DNA of 64,000 nucleotides, taken from positions 480,001 to 544,000 of the forward strand of contig BK006944.2 of assembly GCA_000146045.2 (NCBI GenBank), given 5' to 3'. This document shows positions 1 through 11,363 of the stretch, piece after piece. A model generated the notes under the pieces. It had not been told where the DNA came from, made no database searches, and saw only the letters and a program-made list of their open reading frames with translations. Position numbers and translations under genes: made by a program. Every line of letters begins with the position of its first letter. Position 1 is the stretch's first letter. This DNA comes from TPA_inf: Saccharomyces (taxonomy: Eukaryota).

Positions 1-1981
1 GGATAACTATCTTACACCATCCAAAGATTCTAAAGAAGTTTTTATTTTTCGACCGGGCGATTATATTTACACTTTTGAACAGCCAATATCGCAATCTTAT
101 CCAGAAAGTATAAAAGCCAATTTTGGTTCCGTGGAGTATAAACTGTCAATAGACATAGAGAGGTTTGGCGCATTCAAATCAACTATACATACTCAATTAC
201 CCATCAAAGTCGTAAGGCTTCCTTCTGATGGATCCGTAGAAGAGACTGAAGCTATTGCAATTTCCAAGGACTGGAAAGATCTTCTTCATTATGACGTGGT
301 AATTTTCTCGAAAGAGATCGTTTTGAATGCATTTTTACCCATCGATTTCCATTTCGCTCCTCTAGATAAAGTTACTCTGCATCGTATTAGAATTTATCTA
401 ACAGAGTCTATGGAATACACTTGTAATAGTAATGGAAATCACGAGAAGGCTCGTAGATTAGAGCCAACTAAAAAGTTTCTGTTGGCTGAACATAACGGTC
501 CTAAACTGCCTCATATACCAGCTGGTTCGAATCCTTTGAAGGCTAAAAATAGAGGGAACATCCTCTTGGATGAAAAATCCGGCGATCTAGTTAACAAAGA
601 TTTTCAGTTCGAGGTGTTTGTCCCAAGCAAGTTTACAAACAGTATACGGTTACACCCTGATACAAATTATGATAAAATCAAAGCCCACCATTGGATAAAA
701 ATTTGCCTTCGTCTTTCCAAGAAGTACGGGGACAATAGAAAACATTTCGAAATAAGTATTGATTCTCCAATCCATATTTTAAATCAACTATGCTCACACG
801 CGAATACTTTGCTACCGAGCTACGAGAGTCATTTCCAGTATTGTGATGAAGATGGTAATTTCGCACCAGCAGCAGATCAACAAAATTACGCAAGTCATCA
901 TGATTCCAATATTTTCTTCCCAAAAGAAGTTCTTTCGTCTCCCGTTCTTTCACCTAACGTGCAGAAGATGAACATTAGAATACCGTCTGATCTTCCAGTA
1001 GTGCGTAATAGAGCTGAAAGCGTAAAGAAAAGCAAGTCAGATAATACCTCCAAGAAGAATGATCAAAGTAGCAATGTCTTCGCATCCAAACAGCTGGTCG
1101 CAAACATTTATAAGCCCAATCAGATTCCAAGAGAATTAACTTCTCCTCAGGCGTTACCATTATCGCCCATCACCTCACCAATTCTCAATTACCAACCATT
1201 ATCAAACTCCCCGCCTCCAGATTTTGATTTTGATCTAGCTAAGCGCGGCGCAGCCGATTCTCATGCTATTCCTGTGGATCCTCCATCATATTTTGATGTA
1301 TTAAAGGCCGATGGGATTGAATTGCCATACTACGATACAAGTTCATCTAAAATTCCTGAACTAAAACTAAACAAATCTAGAGAGACATTGGCCAGCATTG
1401 AGGAGGACTCATTCAATGGTTGGTCTCAAATTGATGACTTATCCGACGAAGATGACAATGATGGCGATATAGCATCTGGTTTCAACTTCAAGCTGTCAAC
1501 CAGTGCTCCGAGTGAGAACGTTAATTCACACACTCCTATTTTGCAGTCTTTAAACATGAGTCTTGATGGGAGAAAAAAAAATCGTGCCAGTCTACACGCA
1601 ACATCAGTGTTACCTAGTACAATAAGACAGAACAATCAGCATTTCAATGACATAAACCAGATGCTAGGCAGTAGTGACGAAGATGCCTTTCCCAAAAGCC
1701 AATCATTAAATTTCAATAAGAAACTACCAATACTTAAAATTAATGATAACGTCATACAATCAAACAGCAATAGTAATAACAGAGTTGATAATCCAGAAGA
1801 TACAGTGGATTCTTCAGTCGATATTACAGCATTTTATGATCCAAGAATGTCATCAGATTCCAAATTTGATTGGGAGGTAAGCAAGAACCATGTTGACCCA
1901 GCAGCCTACTCGGTTAACGTTGCTAGTGAAAACCGTGTACTGGACGACTTTAAGAAAGCATTTCGCGAAAAGAGAAAATAA
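1..1981 (+). CDS. ALY1: Arrestin-like alpha-arrestin, C-terminal ~660 aa. 5' partial: the frame is open to the window start (the track ORF begins at an in-frame GTG at 131)
   Basis: No in-frame stop from position 2 to 1981. PPSY-type PY motif ([10 protein letters not shown]). Sits immediately upstream of NTR2/DBP7 as YKR021W does on chr XI. Confidence 0.7.
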
Positions 1982-2170
1982 GTACATTATTTTCATTCTC
2001 CGACAGAATTGCTACCATTTTACTTTGTGTCCTGTGATTCAATAGTGTACAATATATTGGACATTTTATAGTATACAAATATACACCATCAATCTATACA
2101 TCCATATCACTTGTCGTAAAGATATCCCTTTTTAATAGTACAGCGATTAAAAAAATAACATGATTAACGT

Positions 2171-3139
2171 TCAGTTACCAATGAGCTTATTTATTAGGCT
2201 TGCTTTAGATTTTTCCAAGTCAATTTTTGTTTTTTCTAACGCTTGCAACCTCATCTCAACCTTCTTCCTTTGCAAGCAGATCTTCGAAACCATCTCGTTT
2301 ATTCTCTCAATGCTGTTCCCACTTTCATCATCGTCTGGGAAAAGTACCGGTAAGGGCGTGATGATTTTCTCATTCGATTTGTTTATATTTCCTTTGCTTA
2401 AAAGCTGGGTTTCCCATTCTTCATTAGTTCTGTAGGGCACTTCATTTATGGCCTTCTCTATAATCTTTCTTTTAGAATCCTTTTGAATAGCAATTTGATT
2501 ATCCGTGAGGGCTAGCATTTCGTCTTGAAAGCCTTGCATTTCATCGTCACTGAAGTTCGTAATCTCCTTTTCATTGTTACGTTTCAGACCACCATTTAAT
2601 CTTATTGTCTCCATAATTTCGCGTTTATCCTCACTGTCCAACAATTTTACATAATCTCTTTCTGTTGTAACATCACTCTCACTAATTTTCCTTCTAGATA
2701 ATGACTTCTGTGCTTTCAGTTTTGCAATTTCTCCTCGGGTTGGTATACTACTAATGTGCTCACCTTCGGAGCTACTGCCAGCCTCTGAAGAATCACTTAA
2801 TAGATGATGATTCCCCTCCATCAAGTCCTCCATATTGAGAATTAGCAAATCATCTTTGTTTCGCGTCGATGCATTGGTATTTTTCTTTGAATGGTAAAGA
2901 TCTTCATAATGCGAATTATCCTCCTTTATTGCTTGTTCGCCATCAAAGGTAATGTCGCGCTTAGGAACTTTTTTAAACTTTATTGGTTGTAATACACAAA
3001 TGTCGTTGTCATCATCTTCAGAATCGTTCGACACTAGGGGCTTAATTTGCTGCATTGGCTTATGCGCAGAACCATCAATTCCAACCTCCTCAGGAGAACC
3101 ACTTGGTAACCTAATTTTATTTCTTTTCTTGATCGCCAT
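2171..3139 (-). CDS. NTR2: Spliceosome disassembly factor, NTR complex subunit, 322 aa
   Basis: 322-aa acidic/Ser-rich ORF at the YKR022C position. Strand and length match. Confidence 0.65.
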   Translation of the reverse strand: MAIKKRNKIRLPSGSPEEVGIDGSAHKPMQQIKPLVSNDSEDDDNDICVLQPIKFKKVPKRDITFDGEQAIKEDNSHYEDLYHSKKNTNASTRNKDDLLILNMEDLMEGNHHLLSDSSEAGSSSEGEHISSIPTRGEIAKLKAQKSLSRRKISESDVTTERDYVKLLDSEDKREIMETIRLNGGLKRNNEKEITNFSDDEMQGFQDEMLALTDNQIAIQKDSKRKIIEKAINEVPYRTNEEWETQLLSKGNINKSNEKIITPLPVLFPDDDESGNSIERINEMVSKICLQRKKVEMRLQALEKTKIDLEKSKASLINKLIGN

Positions 3140-3418
3140 AATGTGTTCAAATGCTATAACATTGCTAGGCAGAACTTGACGTAACTCGACCAGTTATATT
3201 GCTTCTTCAAAGCACAAATTTATGATGATTGCTTTCAGTTATGAGGTTCATTTCGATATTCTTTATGATCTTCGCTTGCCGGGTATCGGACAAATATTGA
3301 AATATTATACAGCAAGAAAGAGGCATAAAGAGCCTGGCAGCAGCAAATAATGGCAAAGTGAACGTAGTCCGAGAAACAGTGGCTTAATTATTTAACCTTG
3401 GGTTTGCAGTAATTAATA

Positions 3419-5011
3419 ATGACAAGAAAGCAGGCTATTGACTATGCAATCAAACAAGTTCCGCAAATATTGCCTTTGGAAGAGTCTGATGTAAAAGCGC
3501 TGTGCGAACAAGTACTGAGTACATCATCTGATGATCCAGAACAAATTGCTTCAAAATTTTTGGAGTTCCTAGGTCATGAAGATCTATCGTTTGAATTTGT
3601 AATGAAGTTCAATGAATTATTGAATCAGAATGATAAAAAAGAGGAAAAAAAAACGAAAAATGTGCATCTTGAACATACTGCCCCCACTTCATGGAAAAAT
3701 GAATCAAAACAGCCCACTAATAACTATATCAATAAGAAGGGAGATGAAAAACCAAAAAAATTAAAGGATGAGAAGAAAAGCTCGACAACGAGGCCTACCG
3801 TTCAACCATCAAATCAATCTACGCAATCAAACCCCATAAAGGAGAAAAAAGAGCACAGATCAAAGGGGAAATTACAATCGTTACAAGAAATAGACGAAGC
3901 AATCAAGATGCTAGAGCTTCGAGATAGCGGTTCTTCTAAAAATTGTAATTGTCAAGGTACAAGGCATCCAGTTTTCGACATCGCGCCAAACTGTCTTCAC
4001 TGTGGTAAAGTGGTTTGTGTTATAGAGGGATTGAATAAAGGTAAATGCGGTCATTGCCATGAACAGTTGATTTCTGATAACGAAAGAACCCAAATGGTAG
4101 AAATTTTAAATCAGGAAAAAAACGAACTAAACGGTTCATCATCGTCCTTATCCAATGCGTCAAATGGAGCTAATGTCCCAAAGAAGAAGACTAAAACCTA
4201 CAAAATAACTTCCGGTATGGGTAAAAATTTATTTGCTGAACAGGACAAATTATTTGATTTCATCGAAAGGAAAAGAGAAAGAGAAAGAAAGCGTAATGAA
4301 GTGTTGAAATTGCAGGAGGAAAAAGAAGAGAGCGAAGCAAAGGAAAGACAAGCGAGCGAGCATGACCATAAAGCTGAGGAAAACCCGGAGTTGTTAGCAG
4401 CACAAGAACGATTAGATAGACTTTTATATTTCCAAGACACTTCGGCAGAAAGAACAAAAATTATTGATAATGCCAGCGATTTTGACATGAATCAGGAGGT
4501 GGGTTTATGGGGCAGCGCAAGAGAAAGAGCTCTTGCGTTGAAGAAGCAACAACGTAATTTGAGAAAGTGGGAAAAAGTAGAAAAGGAACGGAATGGCAGG
4601 CGCGAGAAGTACGTTGTTAGCATGAATATAGGTTCAAACGGTAAAGTTACTATGACAGAAGTCCCTAAGGATACAGAGAACGTAATTGCAGGTTCAGATG
4701 ATGACATCAGTGATATAAGTGACGAAGAAGATATCAGCGACCTTAAACATATACACGCTCTGAAAAGTGAAATAAATACAACGAAATCCTTGGAGAATTT
4801 GCATTTACAGTCCAAAGCATGGGATTACGAACGTGATAAAAAACAATTCGATAGGCCTACGTATGTGAAAAAAAATTCAGATACTGCACAACAGAATAGA
4901 AAAACGGAAGAAAAGGCTCACGACATGCAAGCTTATGATTTAAAGTCAAGAGTACAAGTGGACCAAAATGCAGACGCATCAGTAGAACAGAATATTCTTG
5001 CTGTACTTTGA
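3419..5011 (+). CDS. RQT4: YKR023W, RQT complex subunit with a C2HC5-type zinc finger, 530 aa
   Basis: Cys/His cluster [42 protein letters not shown]. Lys/Glu-rich coiled-coil tail. 530 aa, as for YKR023W. Confidence 0.65.
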
Positions 5012-5143
5012 TGAATGGTAAAAGTTTATATTATATATGATAGAGGATATAACCGTTATTCATTTTCTGTAGATTTTATCATTTTCTTTGTCTTCATAGT
5101 ATACAATTTTTTTTTATATGAATTAATGCTTGTTCTTGTCTAT

Positions 5144-7372
5144 TTAGTAGTTAAACTCACTTGCTATTTGCTTCTCTGCCATACGAGCCATACGAAACAT
5201 TTTATTTTTAGAGTTTTCCTTAGTTGGCTTCTTTTCACTATTACCATCCTTACTACTTTGCAATCCCATAGCCTTTGGCCTTTCACGTAACCCAAAACTT
5301 TTAGCTAAATGGCCTAGATGTAAGAACTTCACGTTGAAAAACTTCTTTTCTTGAGAGATATGCGTTGCGTAAGCCCTCACATGACTAATGAAACCTTTAA
5401 CGGCCAAATTTTTGAATGCGGAATCTCCCACTACTCGTCTTTCTATATTCAAATGCCATGTCGTAGCATTGGTATCCCACTCATATTCTTTATCGCCCAC
5501 GTCTTTATTTTTGGACGATTTCTCATCTTTTCTAATGAATTTATCATTTCTGTTGACATTCACATCTTTGAAAGCCGGCATTAGTATTTCTTTATCGAAT
5601 TTCAGTAATTCCCAACCCATCGGATGATACGGCTGGATATAGTCCATATATTTTTCTTCTTCGCCAGGAAGTAAAAATAACAAACTTTCACCCTTCTCAC
5701 CGGCCCTTGCTGTACGACCAACTCTATGTAAATGGTCTTCAACAGCAAATGGTGGATCCAACTCAATAACAGATCCAACGTGGGGAAGGTCTAGGCCTCT
5801 ACTTGCGACATCTGTACAGAACATAATAAGATGTTTTCCCTTGGTGGCTTCATTATCACGAGCAAAATGCTGCAATGTAGAGGTTCTCATTTGTTGGGAT
5901 AAAGAACCGTGCAATTTATAAATCACTACATCTGGGTCCCTAGAATCTGAAAAACAAGGAAACATAGTGTTTCCTTTTGTCAATAGTCTTACAGAATCAC
6001 CCGTTAGATTTTTATGGTGCCCGTCACTTCCTGAAAATGCGTCATAATGAAACTCCACGCTGTCTGAACATGATACGAATACGATTGTACGCAGCGTTTT
6101 GGACTGTTGACCGGAAGCGATGAAATCTTTGGTAATGTTGTTCAAAGTAGCAGCTAATGTTACAAGACGCAACTTTGGTGGGACAATAGTAATCCTCTGC
6201 AATAGTTGATCGGGCGCAACCGTTACTATATCAGAATCTTTCTTGGTACCGTTGCTAATCAATTTGTAATCTTTCAACGCCACGTTTCTTAACCTATTAA
6301 CACCATCAGTAAGTGTAGCACTACATAACATGTGCACTAACTTATGCGGTAGCTTGGGAAATTTTTCGGAGTTGATGGGAATATCGTGAACAATTTTAAT
6401 AATTTCACTGATCGTCTCATCAAAACCCAATTCCATTAACTTATCTCCTTCATCCAATACGATATACCTTAGAGATTGACTCAATTGCTCCTTGATAACT
6501 TTTGTATTTTGTAAATGATCCAAAACACGACCTGGTGTACCGATTATGAAATTGCAACCCTTACGCAATCTAGCTTTTTCTGATTTCTTACGTTCTCCAC
6601 CAATCAATAAACATGGGACCAAGTAGTGACAACATGACACAAGCGTGGAACAAACATGATATATTTGTGATGCTAGTTCTCGTGTAGGAGCAATAACCAA
6701 TGCAAATGCACCAGAAGTACGATCAACATGAGTATCCATGTTCAAAATAGTAGATATTATAGGTAAAAGATACGATAAAGTCTTACCTGAGCCTGTTTGG
6801 GCGTGAATGAAAAAATCGTTCTTCCCCGCGTTACCTATTATTTGAGGTATGGCCTGCTTCTGGATGCTCGTAGGCTTTTTAATACGCATTTTTTGCTCCA
6901 GATGAGAAACAAGAAGACTAGAGACACCTAAAGACGCAAACTGATCACCTTTCAAGGGCGCGTTAGACGGATTGATGGCAACGTTTTCATCATGAATATT
7001 AGTGTTTACCGCAGTTGTAATCTCTCTGTTAGATGTAAACAGGGATGAAACAAACTGAGAATCGGCTGGTAGAGTTCTCCCTTGAGTGTTATGAGCATTT
7101 CTACCCTTATATTTTTCCTGCTCTTCAGAACTATAGGAACTCTCCTTATGCAATTTTTTAATAGAATTCTCGCCTCTACCCGGAATTATCCCTTCGTCCC
7201 CTGTAGTGTTCGCCTTTCTTTTCCTCGAGACTGTCTTGCCCTCAAGCTTCATTTTCATTCTTCTTCTATCCTTCCATCTACCGCCTGTCACCTTGGCAGC
7301 TTGCTTATAGGAACTTCCTGCAGTGTCCTCATTGGTAGTGAAGTTTAACAGCATAGAATCTTCATCGCTCAT
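5144..7372 (-). CDS. DBP7: DEAD-box ATP-dependent RNA helicase for 60S ribosome biogenesis, 742 aa (start at the second Met of the 760-aa track ORF)
   Basis: Motif I AQTGSGKT, DEGD (DEAD variant) and a SAT-like motif are present. N-terminus MSDEDSMLLNF. PAC/RRPE motifs lie upstream. Confidence 0.85.
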   Translation of the reverse strand: MSDEDSMLLNFTTNEDTAGSSYKQAAKVTGGRWKDRRRMKMKLEGKTVSRKRKANTTGDEGIIPGRGENSIKKLHKESSYSSEEQEKYKGRNAHNTQGRTLPADSQFVSSLFTSNREITTAVNTNIHDENVAINPSNAPLKGDQFASLGVSSLLVSHLEQKMRIKKPTSIQKQAIPQIIGNAGKNDFFIHAQTGSGKTLSYLLPIISTILNMDTHVDRTSGAFALVIAPTRELASQIYHVCSTLVSCCHYLVPCLLIGGERKKSEKARLRKGCNFIIGTPGRVLDHLQNTKVIKEQLSQSLRYIVLDEGDKLMELGFDETISEIIKIVHDIPINSEKFPKLPHKLVHMLCSATLTDGVNRLRNVALKDYKLISNGTKKDSDIVTVAPDQLLQRITIVPPKLRLVTLAATLNNITKDFIASGQQSKTLRTIVFVSCSDSVEFHYDAFSGSDGHHKNLTGDSVRLLTKGNTMFPCFSDSRDPDVVIYKLHGSLSQQMRTSTLQHFARDNEATKGKHLIMFCTDVASRGLDLPHVGSVIELDPPFAVEDHLHRVGRTARAGEKGESLLFLLPGEEEKYMDYIQPYHPMGWELLKFDKEILMPAFKDVNVNRNDKFIRKDEKSSKNKDVGDKEYEWDTNATTWHLNIERRVVGDSAFKNLAVKGFISHVRAYATHISQEKKFFNVKFLHLGHLAKSFGLRERPKAMGLQSSKDGNSEKKPTKENSKNKMFRMARMAEKQIASEFNY

Positions 7373-7505
7373 CTTGGTGTTAAATTGCTGAATAAGTATG
7401 CTTATTTGGAATATGAATAATCCCAAAGGAAAAAGAATATAAACAATCGTACTTTCTTAAATTAGAAATATCACATACAAGTACTCAATCTTTTATTTTC
7501 CTAAG

Positions 7506-7522
7506 CTCATCGCAAATTTTTC
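7506..7522. promoter_or_regulatory. PAC motif (CTCATCGC, reverse complement of GCGATGAG) directly followed by an RRPE-like AAATTTTT. Ribosome-biogenesis regulon promoter elements upstream of DBP7
   Basis: Exact 8-mer GCGATGAG on the DBP7 strand about 135 bp upstream of its ATG, with an A/T RRPE-like run 1 bp away. Confidence 0.6.
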
Positions 7523-7769
7523 AAGTAAAATGGAAACCTAATATGTCAGGGTTTTTAATCCATATTGTTAGGGCAACATTCAATTTTAAACTGAAATTTT
7601 ATAAAAACTCTGTTCATTTTTCAGGCCTTAGGGTTAGTATTCTGACAAAATTATTCAAGAAAAAAAGAAATGTTACAATGAATGCAAAAGATGGATAAAA
7701 GCGAGAGATGAGCTTAAATGATCTGGCTCAAGCAGTGCAAGGTGAAAGTGGAATAGGCTAGTGTTATAG

Positions 7770-8618
7770 ATGAGTATTGACAACAAGTTGTTTGTTACTG
7801 AAGAGGATGAGGAAGACAGGACGCAGGACCGTGCTGATGTTGAGGATGAATCTAACGACATTGATATGATAGCGGATGAGAACGGAACAAACAGCGCTAT
7901 AGCTAATGAGCAAGAGGAAAAATCCGAAGAAGTAAAAGCTGAAGATGATACTGGTGAAGAAGAAGAGGATGACCCAGTGATCGAAGAGTTTCCATTGAAG
8001 ATCTCCGGAGAAGAGGAGTCACTGCACGTGTTTCAGTATGCTAATAGACCAAGGCTAGTAGGACGCAAACCTGCTGAGCATCCGTTTATCTCTGCAGCAA
8101 GATATAAACCCAAGTCGCACCTATGGGAAATAGATATTCCTTTGGATGAGCAGGCCTTCTATAACAAGGATAAGGCTGAGAGCGAATGGAATGGGGTTAA
8201 TGTCCAAACATTAAAAGGCGTGGGTGTGGAAAACAATGGCCAATATGCAGCATTTGTCAAAGATATGCAGGTTTATTTGGTACCTATTGAGAGGGTAGCA
8301 CAATTGAAGCCATTTTTCAAATATATCGACGACGCAAATGTAACAAGAAAGCAAGAGGACGCCAGAAGGAACCCTAATCCTTCATCACAACGCGCTCAAG
8401 TGGTTACCATGTCTGTAAAGAGCGTCAACGACCCTTCGCAAAACAGACTCACTGGCTCCCTGCTGGCACATAAAGTCGCCGATGAAGAGGCTAATATTGA
8501 ATTGACCTGGGCAGAAGGCACGTTTGAACAGTTCAAAGATACTATCGTGAAAGAAGCTGAAGATAAAACTTTAGTAGCCTTAGAGAAACAAGAAGACTAT
8601 ATAGATAATCTAGTTTGA
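7770..8618 (+). CDS. RPC37: RNA polymerase III subunit C37, 282 aa
   Basis: 282-aa ORF with an acidic N-terminus. Position and strand match YKR025W between DBP7 and GCN3. Confidence 0.7.
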   Translation: MSIDNKLFVTEEDEEDRTQDRADVEDESNDIDMIADENGTNSAIANEQEEKSEEVKAEDDTGEEEEDDPVIEEFPLKISGEEESLHVFQYANRPRLVGRKPAEHPFISAARYKPKSHLWEIDIPLDEQAFYNKDKAESEWNGVNVQTLKGVGVENNGQYAAFVKDMQVYLVPIERVAQLKPFFKYIDDANVTRKQEDARRNPNPSSQRAQVVTMSVKSVNDPSQNRLTGSLLAHKVADEEANIELTWAEGTFEQFKDTIVKEAEDKTLVALEKQEDYIDNLV

Positions 8619-8737
8619 AGTACATAATGCATCATGAAGAAAGAACAGCATCAGACATCAGTTTCACATAAAGGATGCTCTTGCGCTTTTTCTCCTTTTC
8701 TATTAAGTCATTGCGTGCATATATTATGTGATTTTTT

Positions 8738-9655
8738 TTAATCATACCACATCTTGATTAACTCTTCTGAAACGGCACTTGGAGTGAGGACCCCTAAATC
8801 TGTAATCAATGCAGTAATGTATTCTTGGGCGGTATAGTCGATCGTGGGCCCACGCAATGCATCTTCTAGATCGTCCGTACGACGTGTGAAATCCAAAGGA
8901 GGGCCGGCCATAGGTAGATCATCTGAAGACAATGGAAACATACGAACAAATTTGTGACTTTCAGTGACCACATAGAATGGTTTTCTTGCATTATGTGCTA
9001 AAACACCCACTGAATAGGTACCCACGAGATTTATAATACCACCTGATTCAGCAACACCCTCAGCACCAACGAACACTTTGTCAACCTTATCGATTACCGC
9101 TCCAACCGCGCTATCGACAATAAGAGTCACGGGTATGCCCTTTTGTTCAAGTAAAGTATATAGCTGGTTCCCTTGTTTGCTAGGTCTTGATTCTGTCACC
9201 ACACATCTGAACCTAATAAACTTATTTGCTGCATGATTTAATAAAGAAAATACTGCTCTCGAATAACCATGTACCAAGATGATATCATCATCAGCTATGA
9301 AATCCACCCCTATTTCTGCAATCTTGTTACGCGATTTTTTGGCTCTCGATACAAAAAGCTGGCCATTTTCAATCAAATGTTGTTTACAGTTTTCCCAATC
9401 ACCGTATAAATGAAGATTTCTTAAGACAAATCTCATGAAAATATCACAACCGGCTCTCAGGGAAACTGAGTTCGGAATGGATTTAATAAGTTCTTCCGTG
9501 GAGCTTTTTATTGTATTAATCATTTCTGCCGCTGTTTCTGGTGTTTTTATTCTTAATAGCGTGACCAATGCTTCAATGGCAGCAATCGGCATTGTCATCT
9601 CAGTATCTTCTTCTAAAAACCTTAGATAAGTTTCTGTAATATTAAACTCCGACAT
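8738..9655 (-). CDS. GCN3: Translation initiation factor eIF2B alpha subunit, 305 aa
   Basis: N-terminus MSEFNITETYLRFLEEDTEMTMPIAAIEALV. eIF2B/IF-2B family fold signature. 305 aa. Confidence 0.85.
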   Translation of the reverse strand: MSEFNITETYLRFLEEDTEMTMPIAAIEALVTLLRIKTPETAAEMINTIKSSTEELIKSIPNSVSLRAGCDIFMRFVLRNLHLYGDWENCKQHLIENGQLFVSRAKKSRNKIAEIGVDFIADDDIILVHGYSRAVFSLLNHAANKFIRFRCVVTESRPSKQGNQLYTLLEQKGIPVTLIVDSAVGAVIDKVDKVFVGAEGVAESGGIINLVGTYSVGVLAHNARKPFYVVTESHKFVRMFPLSSDDLPMAGPPLDFTRRTDDLEDALRGPTIDYTAQEYITALITDLGVLTPSAVSEELIKMWYD

Positions 9656-10463
9656 CCTTCCTCTCGATTTCTGGTATACGTAGGACTTTTAAAATTCTTT
9701 CTATCAATTACTATGAAGAAATCTATGATTAATGATGGCTTTGTCACTATTTGAGCAGTATGATTCTCATTTTACACCATAAACTTCACCAATTTTTTCA
9801 TTTTTTTTTCATTTTTCTTCCGGATGAAATTTATCTATTGTAAAAAAAAAAAAACATTATGCTATGTAGAAAGCTTTAAATATGGCGACAATGTTGCTGT
9901 GTTGTATCAAATTCCCTGGATAGAGTCGTGCACTCTTAATGTGGCGAAAATGATGGCATTGCCTCCTTATTCTTTCTCATAAAAGGTATTACTAATCGTT
10001 ATCTATTACCAACATAAGATATAGCTAGCAATTCTTGTAAGCACAATTACATATGTTTAGTTTTATTTTGAAAAGCAATACAAGCGCAAATTGTTTGGTC
10101 TGTTTTGGAGAGATCACCATGTAGCTGGCACTGCTGCAGATTGTCATGTAGTAAACATACTAGTAAAATATTCTTAAAATAATTTGATCAGATCAGTTTT
10201 GTTCTTCTATCTCCTATGTCATAACATACCGCTCATTTTTACTATCGTTATGTTTTTCATTCAGAAATTTTATTTTTCTTTAGGTCTTGAGTATCGACTT
10301 CCACAACATTGGATGACTGTACCTCACGATTTGTGTATTCTATTTATGCAGTATGTAATAACATATTAGTGTCACGACCGCTAGCCAATATACGATAGTG
10401 GATCTTTATTCCAAAAAATACTTATCTAACATGTTTAACAACAGATCAGATACTAAAACTTTT

Positions 10464-10850
10464 TGTCTGAATAAGAATTAACTACCATCTATGCACTAGC
10501 ACACAAATTAGCAGTATGTTCTCATACACAGTGTAAGAAGATGACATTAAGAATGAGAAACGGTTATTAAATATAATAGAAGCTGAAATGCAAGCATTGA
10601 TAACGTAACAAGATAAAGAATAAGCATATAAAGTAAAAAAACGAGACAATAACATTACTATTCATGAATACCGATTCCTTCTTCCGCATTTCTAATATCC
10701 TCGAAGAGAACTTTTAGTATATTGTGTATCATAGCCTTCAACAATAATGGAACACCAGTAATTATCATATTATTCAAACATTTCTCAATGATAGCTTTTA
10801 TTCACAATGGAACCCAACAATTATTTCAAAATTCACACATTTCTTACTTC
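10464..10850 (+). mobile_element. Degenerate Ty1/Ty2 delta LTR remnant(s) upstream of tR(ACG), with a partial internal duplication of the LTR 3' end. A ~22-bp inverted LTR-terminus fragment lies at 10393-10414
   Basis: Segments resemble the canonical delta, for example GTGTAAGAAGATGACATTAAGAATGAGAAA vs GTGTTAGAAGATGACGCAAATGATGAGAAA, and AATGGAACCCAACAATTATTTCAAAATTCACACATTTCT vs AATGGAATCCCAACAATTACATCAAAATCCACATTCTCT. Confidence 0.5.
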
Positions 10851-10967
10851 TTAGAGCAGGATTAGTTGGGTCTGGTAATTTGAACTACTATATTAGGTAA
10901 AAAATCATGCAATAAATAGTGCTGATACTTAGGGTTCTCAATTTTTAATGTCTCTTAATAATTCTTG

Positions 10968-11040
10968 TTCCTCGTGGCCCAATGGTCACGGCGTCTGGCT
11001 ACGAACCAGAAGATTCCAGGTTCAAGTCCTGGCGGGGAAG
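10968..11040 (+). tRNA. tR(ACG)K: tRNA-Arg, anticodon ACG
   Basis: 73-nt cloverleaf. Anticodon loop CTACGAA. B-box GGTTCAAGTCC. T7 terminator 4 bp downstream. Confidence 0.9.
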
Positions 11041-11363
11041 AATTTTTTTACTTTTATAATTTTCTTATTATCTTTTCAGTTATTGAGTAAAAATATTATA
11101 ATATTGGAAATGCTACGTTGCCAGTCCTGGTGCCGTACAATGCCGTATTATTTTAGCAATTCGTCATCAGGTTTCCGAGGCATTGTTACACCGTTTGGGA
11201 AAAATAAGATGTATGCACAATGGTGTATCTAAATTCAACATAAAAATAAAAAAAACAAAATGACAAACGGCAATAAAGAGACATTGTGTGCAAAGAAAGG
11301 GCATATATATCAAGTAGTATAAGTAGTAAAGTACAGTTAACAGATCAATTGGCCTCGAGGAAT

